NCBI RefSeq assembly: GCF_001194135.2
Contig: NC_068987.1
Span: forward strand, 100,686,672-100,750,671
Reading direction: 5' to 3'
Source of the DNA: Octopus bimaculoides
Lineage: Eukaryota
Length of the DNA stretch: 64,000 nt
This document shows, one piece after another, positions 48,260 to 61,812 of the stretch (position 1 is its first letter; every line of letters begins with the position of its first letter). The notes under the pieces were generated by a model, which was not told the origin of the DNA, did no database searches, and saw only the letters and a list, made by a program, of their open reading frames with translations. A program made the position numbers and the translations under genes.

Positions 48260-48800
48260 TGTGATTATTTTTTGGTAAAATAGAGTGTTTGATATTGCTA
48301 CTCTATTTCATGTAGATACATCTTGGACATTTGGGCAGAATGCCGTCAAGTTGTTTCTAGAAAACGTCGGAGGTTACTCCATGTAGATCTCTCAGATATT
48401 TTGTCAAAATATTAAATAACCGTGGGGCCTTGAATCCCAATCTACAGAAGCGTATGTTCTTCAATCTAGAGGGGATTAGTGGGACATTTGGAACTGCACA
48501 GAGGCGTCCAGTTTGAGAACTGGTACAGATCCGATACTAAAGTTTTGTGCCAAACACCGTAGGAAATACCATATTCATATCACTGCATATCACTCTTGTC
48601 TTCGCTCCAGAGATGACATTCGTAATACTCTTTCATTCTCTCCCAATAGCTCAGCTGCTCTATTGATGCACTCTTACTTGTATAGCACCGCTGAAGTGCC
48701 TCAAGTCCCACTATTAATTTCAAACGGTGCGGTGACCAAAGATGAGAGCAGTGGTCCAGAAGTCTGAGGACAAATGTCATCAATAGAACTAGGATAACTT
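48260..48800 (-). mobile_element. CR1/L2-like LINE ORF2 C-terminal fragment
   Basis: [30 protein letters not shown]...LSYWERMK matches the conserved CR1-group motif (FV.P.L.YCS.LWSP...LE..QR...LSYWERL). Confidence 0.8.
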
Positions 48801-48804
48801 GCTT

Positions 48805-48821
48805 GATAGATAGATAGGTAC

Positions 48822-48886
<65 letters not shown>

Positions 48887-48895
48887 CAGCCAGAC

Positions 48896-48967
<72 letters not shown>
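48805..48967. repeat. (GATA)n microsatellite
   Basis: Directly visible. Confidence 0.97.
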
Positions 48968-48968
<1 letters not shown>

Positions 48969-51248
48969 TTGGTGAACCTGCGTTTGTCCAATGATCTAAG
49001 TAAAACGCACACACATAAACACACGCGCCCTTACACATATCGGACACAAAACAAAAGAAACAACGTCATATGTTTAAGAGGAAACCAAAGAACTTCAAAC
49101 CATTTACAGGAAAAGCGTAGAAATACAAAGTGAAAAACAAAACAATGAAAGAAGTGTACAGTGAATGAAGAAAACATGTGAATTTGACTCTTCAGGTGTC
49201 ATGAGGAAGAAAATGAATGGTTCTCCAAGATTTCAATCTTTTTTTGCATTTCTTAGTATGATATCATTTATTTCCTCCGATAATGCTTACTTTAATTTCT
49301 TCAATCTGCAATAAATTTTCGACATTCAAATAGACAATGAGATATATACAAAACTAAAATATCATTTTTAATATATGCTATAAGGCCATAGAATAATAGA
49401 TCACTGTTAAAGTTTTGAACTCACACATTTAGTTAATACTCTGTAAAATATATAAGAAAGGTAGCCACAAGATACGTCAAGTATTTAAGCAGTATAAATC
49501 ACATCCGACGCCCCCTTTTTTTACACAGTTATTAGAAGACGTTGTTACATAGATGTTTCAAGTAAACAGAAAATTGTAAGAAAAAAAGTTACTGTATCAT
49601 TTTATCTCGGCTGGGTATATATTGCGGATGGGAATATTGGCTTAAACGTTAGAATTAACGAGTAGATGTGTGCATGCTTTGTATATATTCACACACACCT
49701 AAACACATGCGCGTACATATATATATATATACATATATATATNNNNNNNNNNNNNNNNNNNNNNNNNNNNNNNNNNNNNNNNNNNNNNNNNNNNNNNNNN
49801 NNNNNNNNNNNNNNNNNNNNNNNNNNNNNNNNNNNNNNNNNNNNNNNNNNNNNNNNNNNNNNNNNNNNNNNNNNNNNNNNNNNNNNNNNNNNNNNNNNNN
49901 NNNNNNNNNNNNNNNNNNNNNNNNNNNNNNNNNNNNNNNNNNNNNNNNNNNNNNNNNNNNNNNNNNNNNNNNNNNNNNNNNNNNNNNNNNNNNNNNNNNN
50001 NNNNNNNNNNNNNNNNNNNNNNNNNNNNNNNNNNNNNNNNNNNNNNNNNNNNNNNNNNNNNNNNNNNNNNNNNNNNNNNNNNNNNNNNNNNNNNNNNNNN
50101 NNNNNNNNNNNNNNNNNNNNNNNNNNNNNNNNNTATATATGTAAGTATATATGTATATATGTATATATGTATGCATGTAGATATGTACATGTATATGTAA
50201 TGTGTATGTATATGTAATCAATTCTCGTGTGTGAGGGTTTACGAGTGCGTGCGCACTAGAGTAATTCTTCATGTGTGTAAGAGACTGTGTCTGCAACAAC
50301 GTCGCTCCAGTCTCAGGGGAACTATCAATTTTCATTAATGAAATATGTGTGAGAACAAGTGATATATTTTTTCTGTAATGTAATCAATCTCCATCAACAT
50401 TCTTTGCTCCAACCACTCTCATATGTCAGTTTCCAAGTCAAACATGCAGACTGACATACACATACATACGCCTACAAAAATATATATCTACACACACACG
50501 TATATATATATATATATATATATATATATNNNNNNNNNNNNNNNNNNNNNNNNNNNNNNNNNNNNNNNNNNNNNNNNNNNNNNNNNNNNNNNNNNNNNNN
50601 NNNNNNNNNNNNNNNNNNNNNNNNNNNNNNNNNNNNNNNNNNNNNNNNNNNNNNNNNNNNNNNNNNNNNNNNNNNNNNNNNNNNNNNNNNNNNNNNNNNN
50701 NNNNNNNNNNNNNNNNNNNNNNNNNNNNNNNNNNNNNNNNNNNNNNNNNNNNNNNNNNNNNNNNNNNNNNNNNNNNNNNNNNNNNNNNNNNNNNNNNNNN
50801 NNNNNNNNNNNNNNNNNNNNNNNNNNNNNNNNNNNNNNNNNNNNNNNNNNNNNNNNNNNNNNNNNNNNNNNNNNNNNNNNNNNNNNNNNNNNNNNNNNNN
50901 NNNNNNNNNNNNNNNNNNNNNNNNNNNNNNNNNNNNNNNNNNNNNNNNNNNNNNNNNNNNNNNNNNNNNNNNNNNNNNNNNNNNNNNNNNNNNNNNNNNN
51001 NNNNNNNNNNNNNNNNNNNNNNNNNNNNNNNNNNNNNNNNNNNNNNNNNNNNNNNNNNNNNNNNNNNNNNNNNNNNNNNNNNNNNNNNNNNNNNNNNNNN
51101 NNNNNNNNNNNNNNNNNNNNNNNNNNNNNNNNNNNNNNNNNNNNNNNNNNNNNNNNNNNNNNNNNNNNNNNNNNNNNNNNNNNNNNNNNNNNNNNNNNNN
51201 NNNNNNNNNNNNNNNNNNNNNNNNNNNNNNNNNNNNNNNNNNNNNNNN

Positions 51249-51291
<43 letters not shown>

Positions 51292-51946
51292 TGTATGTAT
51301 GTATGCATGTATACATATATATATTTATGTGTATCTACGTGACTATTTATGTATATATGTTTAAAAAGATATATATGAAAATATATATATACATATACGC
51401 TAGTAATACAAAACCACTATACATTTTTGTGTATATATATTATACATTTTTCTATATACTTAATGTACACACATATACCCAAGCACGTACCCATTGATAC
51501 AAAACATCACACATCCATATATATGTGCTGAGTGTGAGTGTGTGTGGATACATACACGAACACACACACGCACAAACACGTATGTGTGTATGTGTGTGTG
51601 TGTGCGTGAGAGTGTGTAGGCGTGTATGCATGTGCGTGTGTTTTGTATGTCTGTGTGTGTGTGCGTGCGTGTGTGTGTCTGTGTGTGTAACCAGAGGGAA
51701 ATACAGAAATTCGGATGTTTGTGCGAGTGAAATATATAGATACTTTTACTTAGAGACCGATATAAACGTAGATAGACGACTTACATCTATAGAAGCAACC
51801 ATAATAGTAAATGAATAAAAGTTGCTCTACGGTATTAACAGAAACTGATAGTTTCAATCTGAAGTTTTTGAAATGTGCTCAGCAATCCTTGTGTACAGAG
51901 AAATTATTTGCATTAGTTTTCCTAATGTCCCTTATTGTTTTGCTAG

Positions 51947-52008
<62 letters not shown>

Positions 52009-52855
52009 CACATATANNNNNNNNNNNNNNNNNNNNNNNNNNNNNNNNNNNNNNNNNNNNNNNNNNNNNNNNNNNNNNNNNNNNNNNNNNNNNNNNNNNN
52101 NNNNNNNNNNNNNNNNNNNNNNNNNNNNNNNNNNNNNNNNNNNNNNNNNNNNNNNNNNNNNNNNNNNNNNNNNNNNNNNNNNNNNNNNNNNNNNNNNNNN
52201 NNNNNNNNNNNNNNNNNNNNNNNNNNNNNNNNNNNNNNNNNNNNNNNNNNNNNNNNNNNNNNNNNNNNNNNNNNNNNNNNNNNNNNNNNNNNNNNNNNNN
52301 NNNNNNNNNNNNNNNNNNNNNNNNNNNNNNNNNNNNNNNNNNNNNNNNNNNNNNNNNNNNNNNNNNNNNNNNNNNNNNNNNNNNNNNNNNNNNNNNNNNN
52401 NNNNNNNNNNNNNNNNNNNNNNNNNNNNNNNNNNNNNNNNNNNNNNNNNNNNNNNNNNNNNNNNNNNNNNNNNNNNNNNNNNNNNNNNNNNNNNNNNNNN
52501 NNNNNNNNNNNNNNNNNNNNNNNNNNNNNNNNNNNNNNNNNNNNNNNNNNNNNNNNNNNNNNNNNNNNNNNNNNNNNNNNNNNNNNNNNNNNNNNNNNNN
52601 NNNNNNNNNNNNNNNNNNNNNNNNNNNNNNNNNNNNNNNNNNNNNNNNNNNNNNNNNNNNNNNNNNNNNNNNNNNNNNNNNNNNNNNNNNNNNNNNNNNN
52701 NNNNNNNNNNNNNNNNNNNNNNNNNNNNNNNNNNNNNNNNNNNNNNNNNNNNNNNNNNNNNNNNNNNNNNNNNNNNNNNNNNNNNNNNNNNNNNNNNNNN
52801 NNNNNNNNNNNNNNNNNNNNNNNNNNNTATATATATATATATATATATATATATT

Positions 52856-53030
52856 CTAATGCTGTGGTTAAAACTCATGAATGAAATCATATACTCTAAC
52901 AGGGACCATAATCGTCCGAAAAATGCCCATAGAGAATTCTCTGTATTTACGTCAGTTTCAGCAATTTCCTGTTGCCTCATCATTTAAAACTGCTAGATAG
53001 TTCGACTGTTTCCGGACACGCTTCACCATT
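52856..53030. mobile_element. Partial, diverged copy of the adjacent fold-back element
   Basis: CTAATGCTGT...CTAACAGGGACCATAATCGTCCGAAAAATGCC..AGAGAATT recurs 351 bp downstream at 53207. Confidence 0.55.
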
Positions 53031-53134
53031 AGCATTTATGTTCCAGTCATTATTGTATGATCTTGCGATTCGTTAATGTGTATTTACAAAAGTAATATAG
53101 ACAGCAGCTTGCAATATTTCACCACAAAGGTGAA

Positions 53135-53470
53135 TCATAATTATTACTAAATTTGAGTAGGATATAAGGAAAAACCTACTTTGCTAGAAATAAGAGCTAA
53201 CTAAACCTAATGCTGTAACTAACGCAAATGAATTAGAATATATACACTAACATGGACCATAACCGTCTGAAAAGTGCCGATCGAGAATTACTGGAACTGA
53301 TGTCAGTATTAAGAATTCCCCATCGGAATTTTCGGATAATTCTCGTTTCTGTTAGTGTATATGTTTTCATCCATGCGCGTTAACTACATCATTAGAGCTG
53401 TTTAGTTCTTATTTCTAGCAATGTAGAGGTTTCGTAACACGCTAGTCACATTTAGTGAAAATTATAATTT
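53135..53470. mobile_element. Fold-back (palindromic) MITE-like element
   Basis: Inverted arms: TTGCTAGAAATAAGA / TCTTATTTCTAGCAA, and CTAATG...TATACACTAAC / GTTAGTGTATA...CATTAG. Confidence 0.65.
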
Positions 53471-54569
53471 CTCATTTTTAGTAAAACATTGCAGAGTGCG
53501 AGTGTCAGAAATTAAAAGAACTCTAGACTTGTAGCTAGAAATATATTTTATATTTCATATATGTAATGTAGATTTCATTTATTTCCTGATTATAATTCTT
53601 CACAGTGCATTATTTCGCTGGAAAAATACATTATTATATTGTAATAATATTCATTTTTTTTTATACAAAACCTTTTCACTAATCTCGGTTCTGTTTATGG
53701 CTGAGGCTATTGGCCGAGTATACAGGTATTGATATAGCGGATATTTAAAATGTATTCCTTTCGGTAGACCTATTTCATGCGGAGCAATATTTTACGATAT
53801 CAAACGTATTCTAAAAAGTACGAAGCTCGAGTACTAGGTTATCCATTTCTCTGGAGTTTTTCCTAAAGATAGGACTAGCATTAGCTTTATGTTCGCCGCC
53901 CGCACATATCTTTGGCGCTATACATCCAGAGAAACTTTACCTAGCGTCAAATGGCTATCGACTGCTATTTACAGCGAAAATTGGATCTTTGTTATATCAC
54001 TATTTCCTGTTTTTATATATGTATGTAGAGAAATTTGAAAAGACAACACGAAACCGGTTATATACCAAAACAATTTTATAACATTTTTCTGACATAATTT
54101 AAATATATACTTTAACCATGTAACACAAGCCTTCTGTAGTTTTTTCACTCTTATTATCTTATATATATATATATATATATATNNNNNNNNNNNNNNNNNN
54201 NNNNNNNNNNNNNNNNNNNNNNNNNNNNNNNNNNNNNNNNNTATATATATACGCGTGCATTCATATATACATATGCATGTACATATATAAGTATGGTGGC
54301 AAATGGCCGGATAGATTCTGAGAACTTCAGAACAAGCGAAGAGGAAACTATGCTGGTTCTATGACGGTCACCAAAACTTCGGTATCGAGAACTAAAGTAA
54401 TTCCCGAACTGTATGTTGTTGCACTGATCCAAAAGTCCCATCTATTCCGTCTAGAGTGAGCAGGTGTATTGTAATAGCTTGAGATTCATAGACCAACAGT
54501 TATTTAACGCCTTACCAAAACATCTGAAAGATCTTCTTGGAGTAGGGTTTAGATATTGTCAAGAATAAA

Positions 54570-54735
54570 ATTGACCTCCTGCTATCCAAGGTTCCAGTTG
54601 AACCAATACCAAGGCAGGAGACTCTAAAGCGAAGTCCCTCGCTCAACAAAATCCGACTACATAAGAATGGCCATTGAAAAGGTGATTACACTGGTGGTGC
54701 TCCAGTATTGCCACAGCCCTAGGGCTGAAAAGTAT
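54570..54735 (+). mobile_element. SINE 3' fragment (family A-related)
   Basis: GGTGGTGCTCCAG.AT.GCCACAG...CTGAAA..TA tail similar to 7380-7425. Confidence 0.5.
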
Positions 54736-55833
54736 GAAAGTAATAAAACAATAAATGAAATATATATTTTATATATGAAATATACAAAATATTTCTTGCC
54801 GCAAGTTCTTTTAATTTCTGATACTCGCATTTGTTTATGAAAATTACAGTTTTTTTACACACGCACACACAAACATATATGAATATAGACACACGCATAT
54901 ATACATGTATATATGCATACATCTATACATAAATATATATATGGATATAATTATTTATGTGTGTATGTGTGTGTATCTCTAAGTGCGTGTATAGGAGTAA
55001 GTTTACATCTACGACCATCAAATTATGTGCACAACACCGTTTAGGAAATAATCTATTATTCACTCTGTAAAATAAATCCAGAATCGCATACATATTTCGC
55101 TGTGTATGTTGCCAAAATTCTGTTCAGTCTACAAAATATCTCACGGTAAGCCAGATTCTATGCATATGTGAATGGCAGAATTGCAGCTATTGTGCAGGAC
55201 GTGATACATAAGATATTTCCTTCCATTGCGAAATGATTTTGTTATAAAACAAGGGAAACCACGGAGATTTTATGGTTTTGTCGCATATACCATTTCTAGG
55301 ACTTAATGCGTCATGAAGGATAACATGAAAATCACATGAGCATCCATAAAAATCTAAGCAGAAGAGGTCTCATTCTCCTGTCAAACTATATTGCAACAGA
55401 CTTCATTGGCTTGCAGCTGACTTTTCTAAAAGAGACAACTGCATGTACACACACACACACACAGACACACACACACACATGCACACACACACACACACAC
55501 ACGCACAGACACAAACACACACACAGTCACACACACACAAACGAACGCATGTGCATAGAAGGATACACATCATAGAACAGATGAAATAAGCAGAGCAACA
55601 GAACATACGAAGACGGAAAGTGTCGCTTAGGAGGGCATAGATACGTGACGAAAGACTTCTGAACAATGGACATGAGTTAGAATAAAAACAATAATAAACA
55701 AGTGAAGAACCACTATATAGTCTGCGCGTTTATTTGGCCCAAAAGAAAATGACCGGCCCGGAATATAACAATATATGTTTCAACACACGACTTCAGATCA
55801 GAAATCTTGAAGCTCAAATTCATAAACATTTAT

Positions 55834-55879
<46 letters not shown>

Positions 55880-55914
55880 ATGCATGTATATATGTATCTC
55901 TCTCTCTCTCGCTC

Positions 55915-55947
<33 letters not shown>

Positions 55948-56104
55948 TTATATATATATATATCTNNNNNNNNNNNNNNNNNNNNNNNNNNNNNNNNNNN
56001 NNNNNNNNNNNNNNNNNNNNNNNNNNNNNNNNNNNNNNNNNNNNNNNNNNNNNNNNNNNNNNNNNNNNNNNNNNNNNNNNNNNNNNNNNNNNNNNNNNNN
56101 NNNN

Positions 56105-56136
<32 letters not shown>

Positions 56137-56174
56137 ATATAATATAATATAATATAATATAATATAATATAATA

Positions 56175-56672
56175 GCGGGTATACAAAGTTCATGCTTGCT
56201 AGATATAAGTGTTAAAAACATCGGATAAGCAACCAATCAAATATAAAAAGCTTAACGGACCAGCAGAAATCGGGCAAACGAGCAACAATCTAGGCTAAAA
56301 GCTGTAAAATAAAGTAATTGATATACCTAACATGAATAATTTTACAATACCTAATATTAAAAATCCCTGTTGCCTCTCTGAATCCGTTACGTGTTCTATA
56401 GTTGCGCACCAAATTCAAAACAAGAGAGGTCAATGGAATTTTTCATATTAGGTATTGTAATACCTGCTGAAGAGAATTACGGTTTAGCACAGAATTCGAA
56501 GTCATGATCCGGGTATATCAATCAGTTTATTTTACTTCATTAAGCTGAATTTTAAAACTTTTTGCTCGGTAGCCAGATTTGTTTTAGTTTATTATATTTT
56601 TCAATGTGATTGGTGGCTTATTTGAGGTTTTTAACTCTTATATCTAGCAAGCTGGTACTTCGTGTACCCCTC
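56175..56672. mobile_element. Approximately 500-bp fold-back MITE with TA TSD (mariner-like ends)
   Basis: Arms pair along their whole length: GCTTGCTAGATATAAG/CTTATATCTAGCAAGC, ATAAGCAACCAATC/GATTGGTGGCTTAT, TTGATATACC/GGTATATCAA, TTACAATACCTAATAT/ATATTAGGTATTGTAA. TA at 56173-74 and 56673-74. Confidence 0.8.
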
Positions 56673-56689
56673 TATATTAATTATAATGT

Positions 56690-57083
56690 TTATTGTGTAG
56701 CATTTTAATGTTATTAGTGCTTGCTGGCAACTAATGCTATTGTATTCTTATTATCATTTATTTATATTTATTGCTGAGAGTAATAATAATATCTAAATGA
56801 ATATTCATTTGAATATTTTCTCATTTTTATGCATATATTATGCACGGAACTGTTTTGACTTTAGCACGAATCTATTCAACGCGTAACGTATTCAGAGAGG
56901 CAAGTGGGATTTTTTCATGTTAGTCATTGTAATATTAGGTATTGTTCGTTAGCCCTATTTCTGCTGTTCTGTTATGTTTTACAGTGATTATTTTTTTATT
57001 GTATACCATTTTAACACTATTATTGCTTGCTGGGAACTAATGTTATTGTGGTTTTTGTTATCAATTATTTATATTTACTGCTG

Positions 57084-57119
<36 letters not shown>

Positions 57120-57165
57120 TCTATATGAATATTAATTTGAATATTTACTCATATGTATATATATT
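56690..57165. repeat. Diverged direct repeat (about 140 bp, about 310 bp apart)
   Basis: CATTTTAA..TTA.TGCTTGCTGG.AACTAATG.TATTGT...TTTATATTTA.TGCTGA...TAATAATATCTA.ATGAATATT.ATTTGAATATTT at about 56701-56835 and 57009-57165. Confidence 0.8.
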
Positions 57166-57397
57166 GGGTGCTCGGGCTAAATTTGCTGGAGAGCATAGCG
57201 ATTATAAAAATAAGGAAAAGGTATAAGGTTTATGCCGGAAAAAAAATAAAATTTTCATTAAATAAAATATTTACATTGTTGATCGGTTTAATTTCCGATA
57301 ATGTAATAATTTCATGGAGTTATTTTGAAAAGGAGTCGAACGATAAATAACTTTTAGGGACGTAATCAGTTATCGTTATTAATAGAAGCAGGTATAA

Positions 57398-57609
57398 TGC
57401 GGTGACCTGGCAGAAACGTAAGCACGTTGGGCGAAATGCTTAGCGGTATTTCGTCTGTCTTTACGTTCTGAATGCAAATTCCACCGAGGTTGACTTTGCC
57501 TTTCATCCTTTCTGGGTCGATAAATTACGTACCAGTTGCTTACTCAGGTCGTTCGACAGACCCTTTTCTCCCCCAAAATTTCGAGCCTTATGCCTAGAGT
57601 AGAAAAGAA
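57398..57609 (+). mobile_element. SINE family B, near full length (first unit of a dimer)
   Basis: GCGGTGACCTGGCAGAAACG...GAGGTTGACTTTGCCTTTCATCC...GCCTAGAGTAGAAAAGAAT. Confidence 0.9.
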
Positions 57610-57802
57610 TCGTTAGCATGCCGATAAAATTGCTTAGTAACATTTCATCCGTCCGTATATTCTGAGTTTAAATTTCACCGGGGTCGACTTAGCATTTCAT
57701 TATTTGGAATCGATAAAATAATCACCAGTTGCATACTGGGATCGATTTAGCCGATTTTCTCCCTCCCTCGAAGTTGCTGGCATTGCGCCATAATCTGAAA
57801 GC
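57605..57802 (+). mobile_element. SINE family B variant (second unit of the dimer)
   Basis: AGAATCGTTAGCATGCC...GAGTTTAAATTTCACCGGGGTCGACTT...GTTGCTGGCATTGCGCC; different 3' tail from unit 1. Confidence 0.85.
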
Positions 57803-58109
57803 ATTATTAGCAGCTGATATATTTTTTATCAGCTAAAATATTTATATAGTCGAAAATTGGTTACAGTTTCAACTGCAGGCTCTGTTGATATTGAAGTTTG
57901 TTTGAATTTTGCCTGCACATGTGTGTATGTGTTCGTTTAATGGTATTTGTCCATATCTTGGGAAACGAATTTATTCTCTATGCAGTGTTGTTTCCCTATC
58001 TGAGAGATTCTGTATCGAGTATCACTACAAAGATGTGGATACTTATTTAATCAATATATAAGATAATATCAAAAAAGATATATGGATTATTGTTTTATAC
58101 TTTGAAATG

Positions 58110-58437
58110 AAAGTGTTGATAATCTATTCGAATTTAAGTCAATGCTATGTGGTATAAATATGAACATCGTGTTCTTAAAGGAATACACCAACACGAAGGT
58201 CGAGCTGATGGTCAAAGAAATGCTCATAGATATTCCCAGGGGCATAGTGATAGTCGTTGGGAGGCTGTGGTGGAAACTGAGAGCGGCTATTTTGAGTGAA
58301 CTGTTACCTTCCAACCATAATGTATTTGATATCTATTTGTTGATTTTATCATTTTTTCTTTACTTTTTGTCTCGGATGGTATATATTGTGCCTTCTATTC
58401 CTTTTGTGTAAACTTTCAATTTTTTCCGAATACCTGG
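58110..58437 (+). mobile_element. DD37D-type mariner transposase C-terminal fragment
   Basis: NTKVELMVKEMLIDIPR (fs) SRWEAVVETESGYFE* is the typical end of this transposase family. Degenerate TIR-like end near 58437. Confidence 0.65.
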
Positions 58438-60313
58438 TAATGTATATAATACAAAAAGCAGCATCTACGAACACTCCGAACGCTTACACATGGGATTGTG
58501 TTTGTTCGCGAATGTGTTTGCGAATGTATCAATGCTTTAAAATTGTACTGTTTATGAATTACGCGTATTCTATATTTCTATAACATTCCAATGATTAATT
58601 TTACTATATTTTCCTTTCCATTCTATCTGTGACATAGGTTTTCTTCCTTCCAACTATTTATAACTAGCTTGCTACATCCACGTAAAGTTTTCTTTATTTT
58701 AAATCTATACATTTAAATAAGTATATTCTCATTCCTATTAATACAAAAATAGAGTTAGATAGGCACACACATACAAACTTATACATACAGTTTTCTAGTA
58801 TTGAAGCGAAAGGCATAAACACATAAATATCTTTATTAGTTACAGTTTAAATATATAGATTTAATATTAAAATTATTAGTCTACTTTCGTTGTAAAGTTT
58901 CGCTGTATAATAAACCAACCACATACAAATATTTAGATACACATTTTTACATAAACATTGACGTAACATGCCGTATCTCAACTAAATCACTTCAAGTGGT
59001 ATTCAAACTAACTAACGTTATAGAATATTTACTCATAAATTTGAGATCTTTCTCTTTTATTAGAAAGTTACGTTTCATTTTTCTCTTTAAATTTCTTTTT
59101 CCATTACGTTTTGCTGATGTTAAAGTTTAGAACTATAATGGTTTTTCAAAATAATATTTAACGGTTATAATATTTAAATGAGTTTTTGATTTGAATATTA
59201 GATATTAACTCTATCATTCTTATAAATAGAACACAGTCCTGCAATATCTTTTCCTATTCCTTTATTTTTTCTATAAATCGATAAGTATATAGCAATTGCG
59301 GTCATCTAGATGGTCATGTTTTTTTCATATTTCTTCTCTTTTGCAGCAGTGTTTGAAAACACATTCTCAAACAGTATACCTGAAATCGATTAAGTTTGAA
59401 TTCCGCCGTACAGTTTGTTTGAATAATGGTGTTACAGGAATTACAAAAAAAAAAAACCTAATATAACTTGCAGCTTAATTTTAAGTTTTAAGTTTATTGG
59501 TATTTACAAGTATTTCTTTAGTATATGTATTTTCCCAGGATTCATAAACTAGTACAATGACCATGGTAAATTACAGATNNNNNNNNNNNNNNNNNNNNNN
59601 NNNNNNNNNNNNNNNNNNNNNNNNNNNNNNNNNNNNNNNNNNNNNNNNNNNNNNNNNNNNNNNNNNNNNNNNNNNNNNNNNNNNNNNNNNNNNNNNNNNN
59701 NNNNNNNNNNNNNNNNNNNNNNNNNNNNNNNNNNNNNNNNNNNNNNNNNNNNNNNNNNNNNNNNNNNNNNNNNNNNNNNNNNNNNNNNNNNNNNNNNNNN
59801 NNNNNNNNNNNNNNNNNNNNNNNNNNNNNNNNNNNNNNNNNNNNNNNNNNNNNNNNNNNNNNNNNNNNNNNNNNNNNNNNNNNNNNNNNNNNNNNNNNNN
59901 NNNNNNNNNNNNNNNNNNNNNNNNNNNNNNNNNNNNNNNNNNNNNNNNNNNNNNNNNNNNNNNNNNNNNNNNNNNNNNNNNNNNNNNNNNNNNNNNNNNN
60001 NNNNNNNNNNNNNNNNNNNNNNNNNNNNNNNNNNNNNNNNNNNNNNNNNNNNNNNNNNNNNNNNNNNNNNNNNNNNNNNNNNNNNNNNNNNNNNNNNNNN
60101 NNNNNNNNNNNNNNTATTACAGACACAAGATGTGATCTATTTCTAGCGCATTAATTGTCCACGTTAGTGGTCAACGTTATTTTTTAAAATGTACCTTAAT
60201 CCCATGAGATTGCAGATAATATTTCTGAATCTCTTTGATTCTTTGAATGTGCTGGCCCCCTGATAATTAATCGATATTAATTAATATATTAATATATGAC
60301 TAATTACCAGATC

Positions 60314-60351
<38 letters not shown>

Positions 60352-60727
60352 TTTATGCATATATCAATATTATCTCAGTTAAAAAAAACCTTGACAATGT
60401 AAATATGCTAATAGTTACCATGGGTAGCAAAAATCACACAAAAAACAGGATATCACACCCGTTTTATTGGTAGAGATACCAAGTTAAAGCAATGCATTTT
60501 GAGTAGATATGAATAATAACAATAAATGGAACGAAACGCATATAAATAAAACTTCCTTTAATTCCTACACATGTTTCAAATTATATGTGCACTCTACTCC
60601 AAAGAAGTAAGATCTGCTGGAATTGCATACCTACACTACAGGCATACCTACTTACACGCAGACATACATGCATAATACATACATACGTATATAAATATGT
60701 GCATTCATGCATATATACATGTTATGA

Positions 60728-60764
<37 letters not shown>

Positions 60765-61597
60765 ATTACAGGAAAATGTGATTCATGATAGTCAACTATA
60801 TTGCTGGTGTTCAATCTTAAAATATATTCATCTTGTATCTGCTCTCACGATACGGATGCAGTTATAATAACTCTCTCAACAATTTCATTGTTTCTACGAC
60901 ATATTTTCGCTCGTATTTTTTCACTTGACTCTCGTAAAAAAAAAAAGCGTTTTAAAAATGAAAATATGCTGCATTCAAATTGATATGGAGTTTACGTTTC
61001 TTTCGCAGCTGAAAAATAATTGAGTAATATAAGTAGGTATGACACTTAGTAGATGAATAGATAGCTACATTCTGAGAATTAAACAGGAGATTTACAATAT
61101 GCTGAGTTGCTGAATGCAACGATAGTAATTTTCTTTATGGCATAAATGATGGGTAACAGATATTAATTTTCATGCTTATGCAGTTTCTAAGAAAATGGTA
61201 ACGTAAACATATCAAAATTTCAAGAGGTCCTCTAGAACTTTCTTTATAGTGTGCCCACTTGCATATATATATGCATACACACATATATGTTTATGCGTGT
61301 GCGTCTCTCTTTCTTTCTCTCCTCCCCTCCCTCTCTCTCTCTCTCTCCGTATATATATATATATATATATATAAGATATTATGCGTTTAAAGACTTTTGA
61401 TATTTATGTGCAAGCTCTTATTCAGAATATTATCATAAGGAGATTTTATTAGCGGACATTTTGTCTCTCCGATCGTTGCATATGTCTTTATCCAGTGTAT
61501 CAAAACTTTAATAAGTACGACTTCTTGAGAGATATGAAGAATGCGTTTTAGCTCTCTTGTTACACCAGTTTACTTTTTGTTTCATTGTTCTGACAGC

Positions 61598-61812
61598 AAA
61601 AACTTTAGCACGCCGGGCGAAATGCTTACCACTATTTCGTTTGTATTTACGTTCTGAGATCAAATTCCGCCGAGGTCCACTTTGGCTTTCATCCTTTCGG
61701 GGTTGATAAACTAAGTACCAGAGGCGTACGGGGGGTCGATCTAATCAACTAGCGCCCTCCCCCATCCCCAAAAAGAAAAAAAACTTCGGGCCTTGTGCCT
61801 AGAGTAGAAAAA
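61598..61812 (+). mobile_element. SINE family B, near full length
   Basis: TTAGCACGCCGGGCGAAATGCTT...TTCCGCCGAGGTC.ACTTT..CTTTCATCCTTTCGGGG...GGGCCTTGTGCCTAGAGTAGAAAA. Confidence 0.92.

Noticed and set aside
58087-58411. Hydrophobic ORFs suggesting a receptor or ion-channel TM segment
   Set aside because: An alternative + frame gives the mariner C-terminus SRWEAVVETESGYFE*, which explains the region.
59320-59440. Very strong + strand acceptor (long pyrimidine tract, tgcagcag) with an open frame QCLKTHSQTVYLKSIKF
   Set aside because: No good donor and no recognisable protein.
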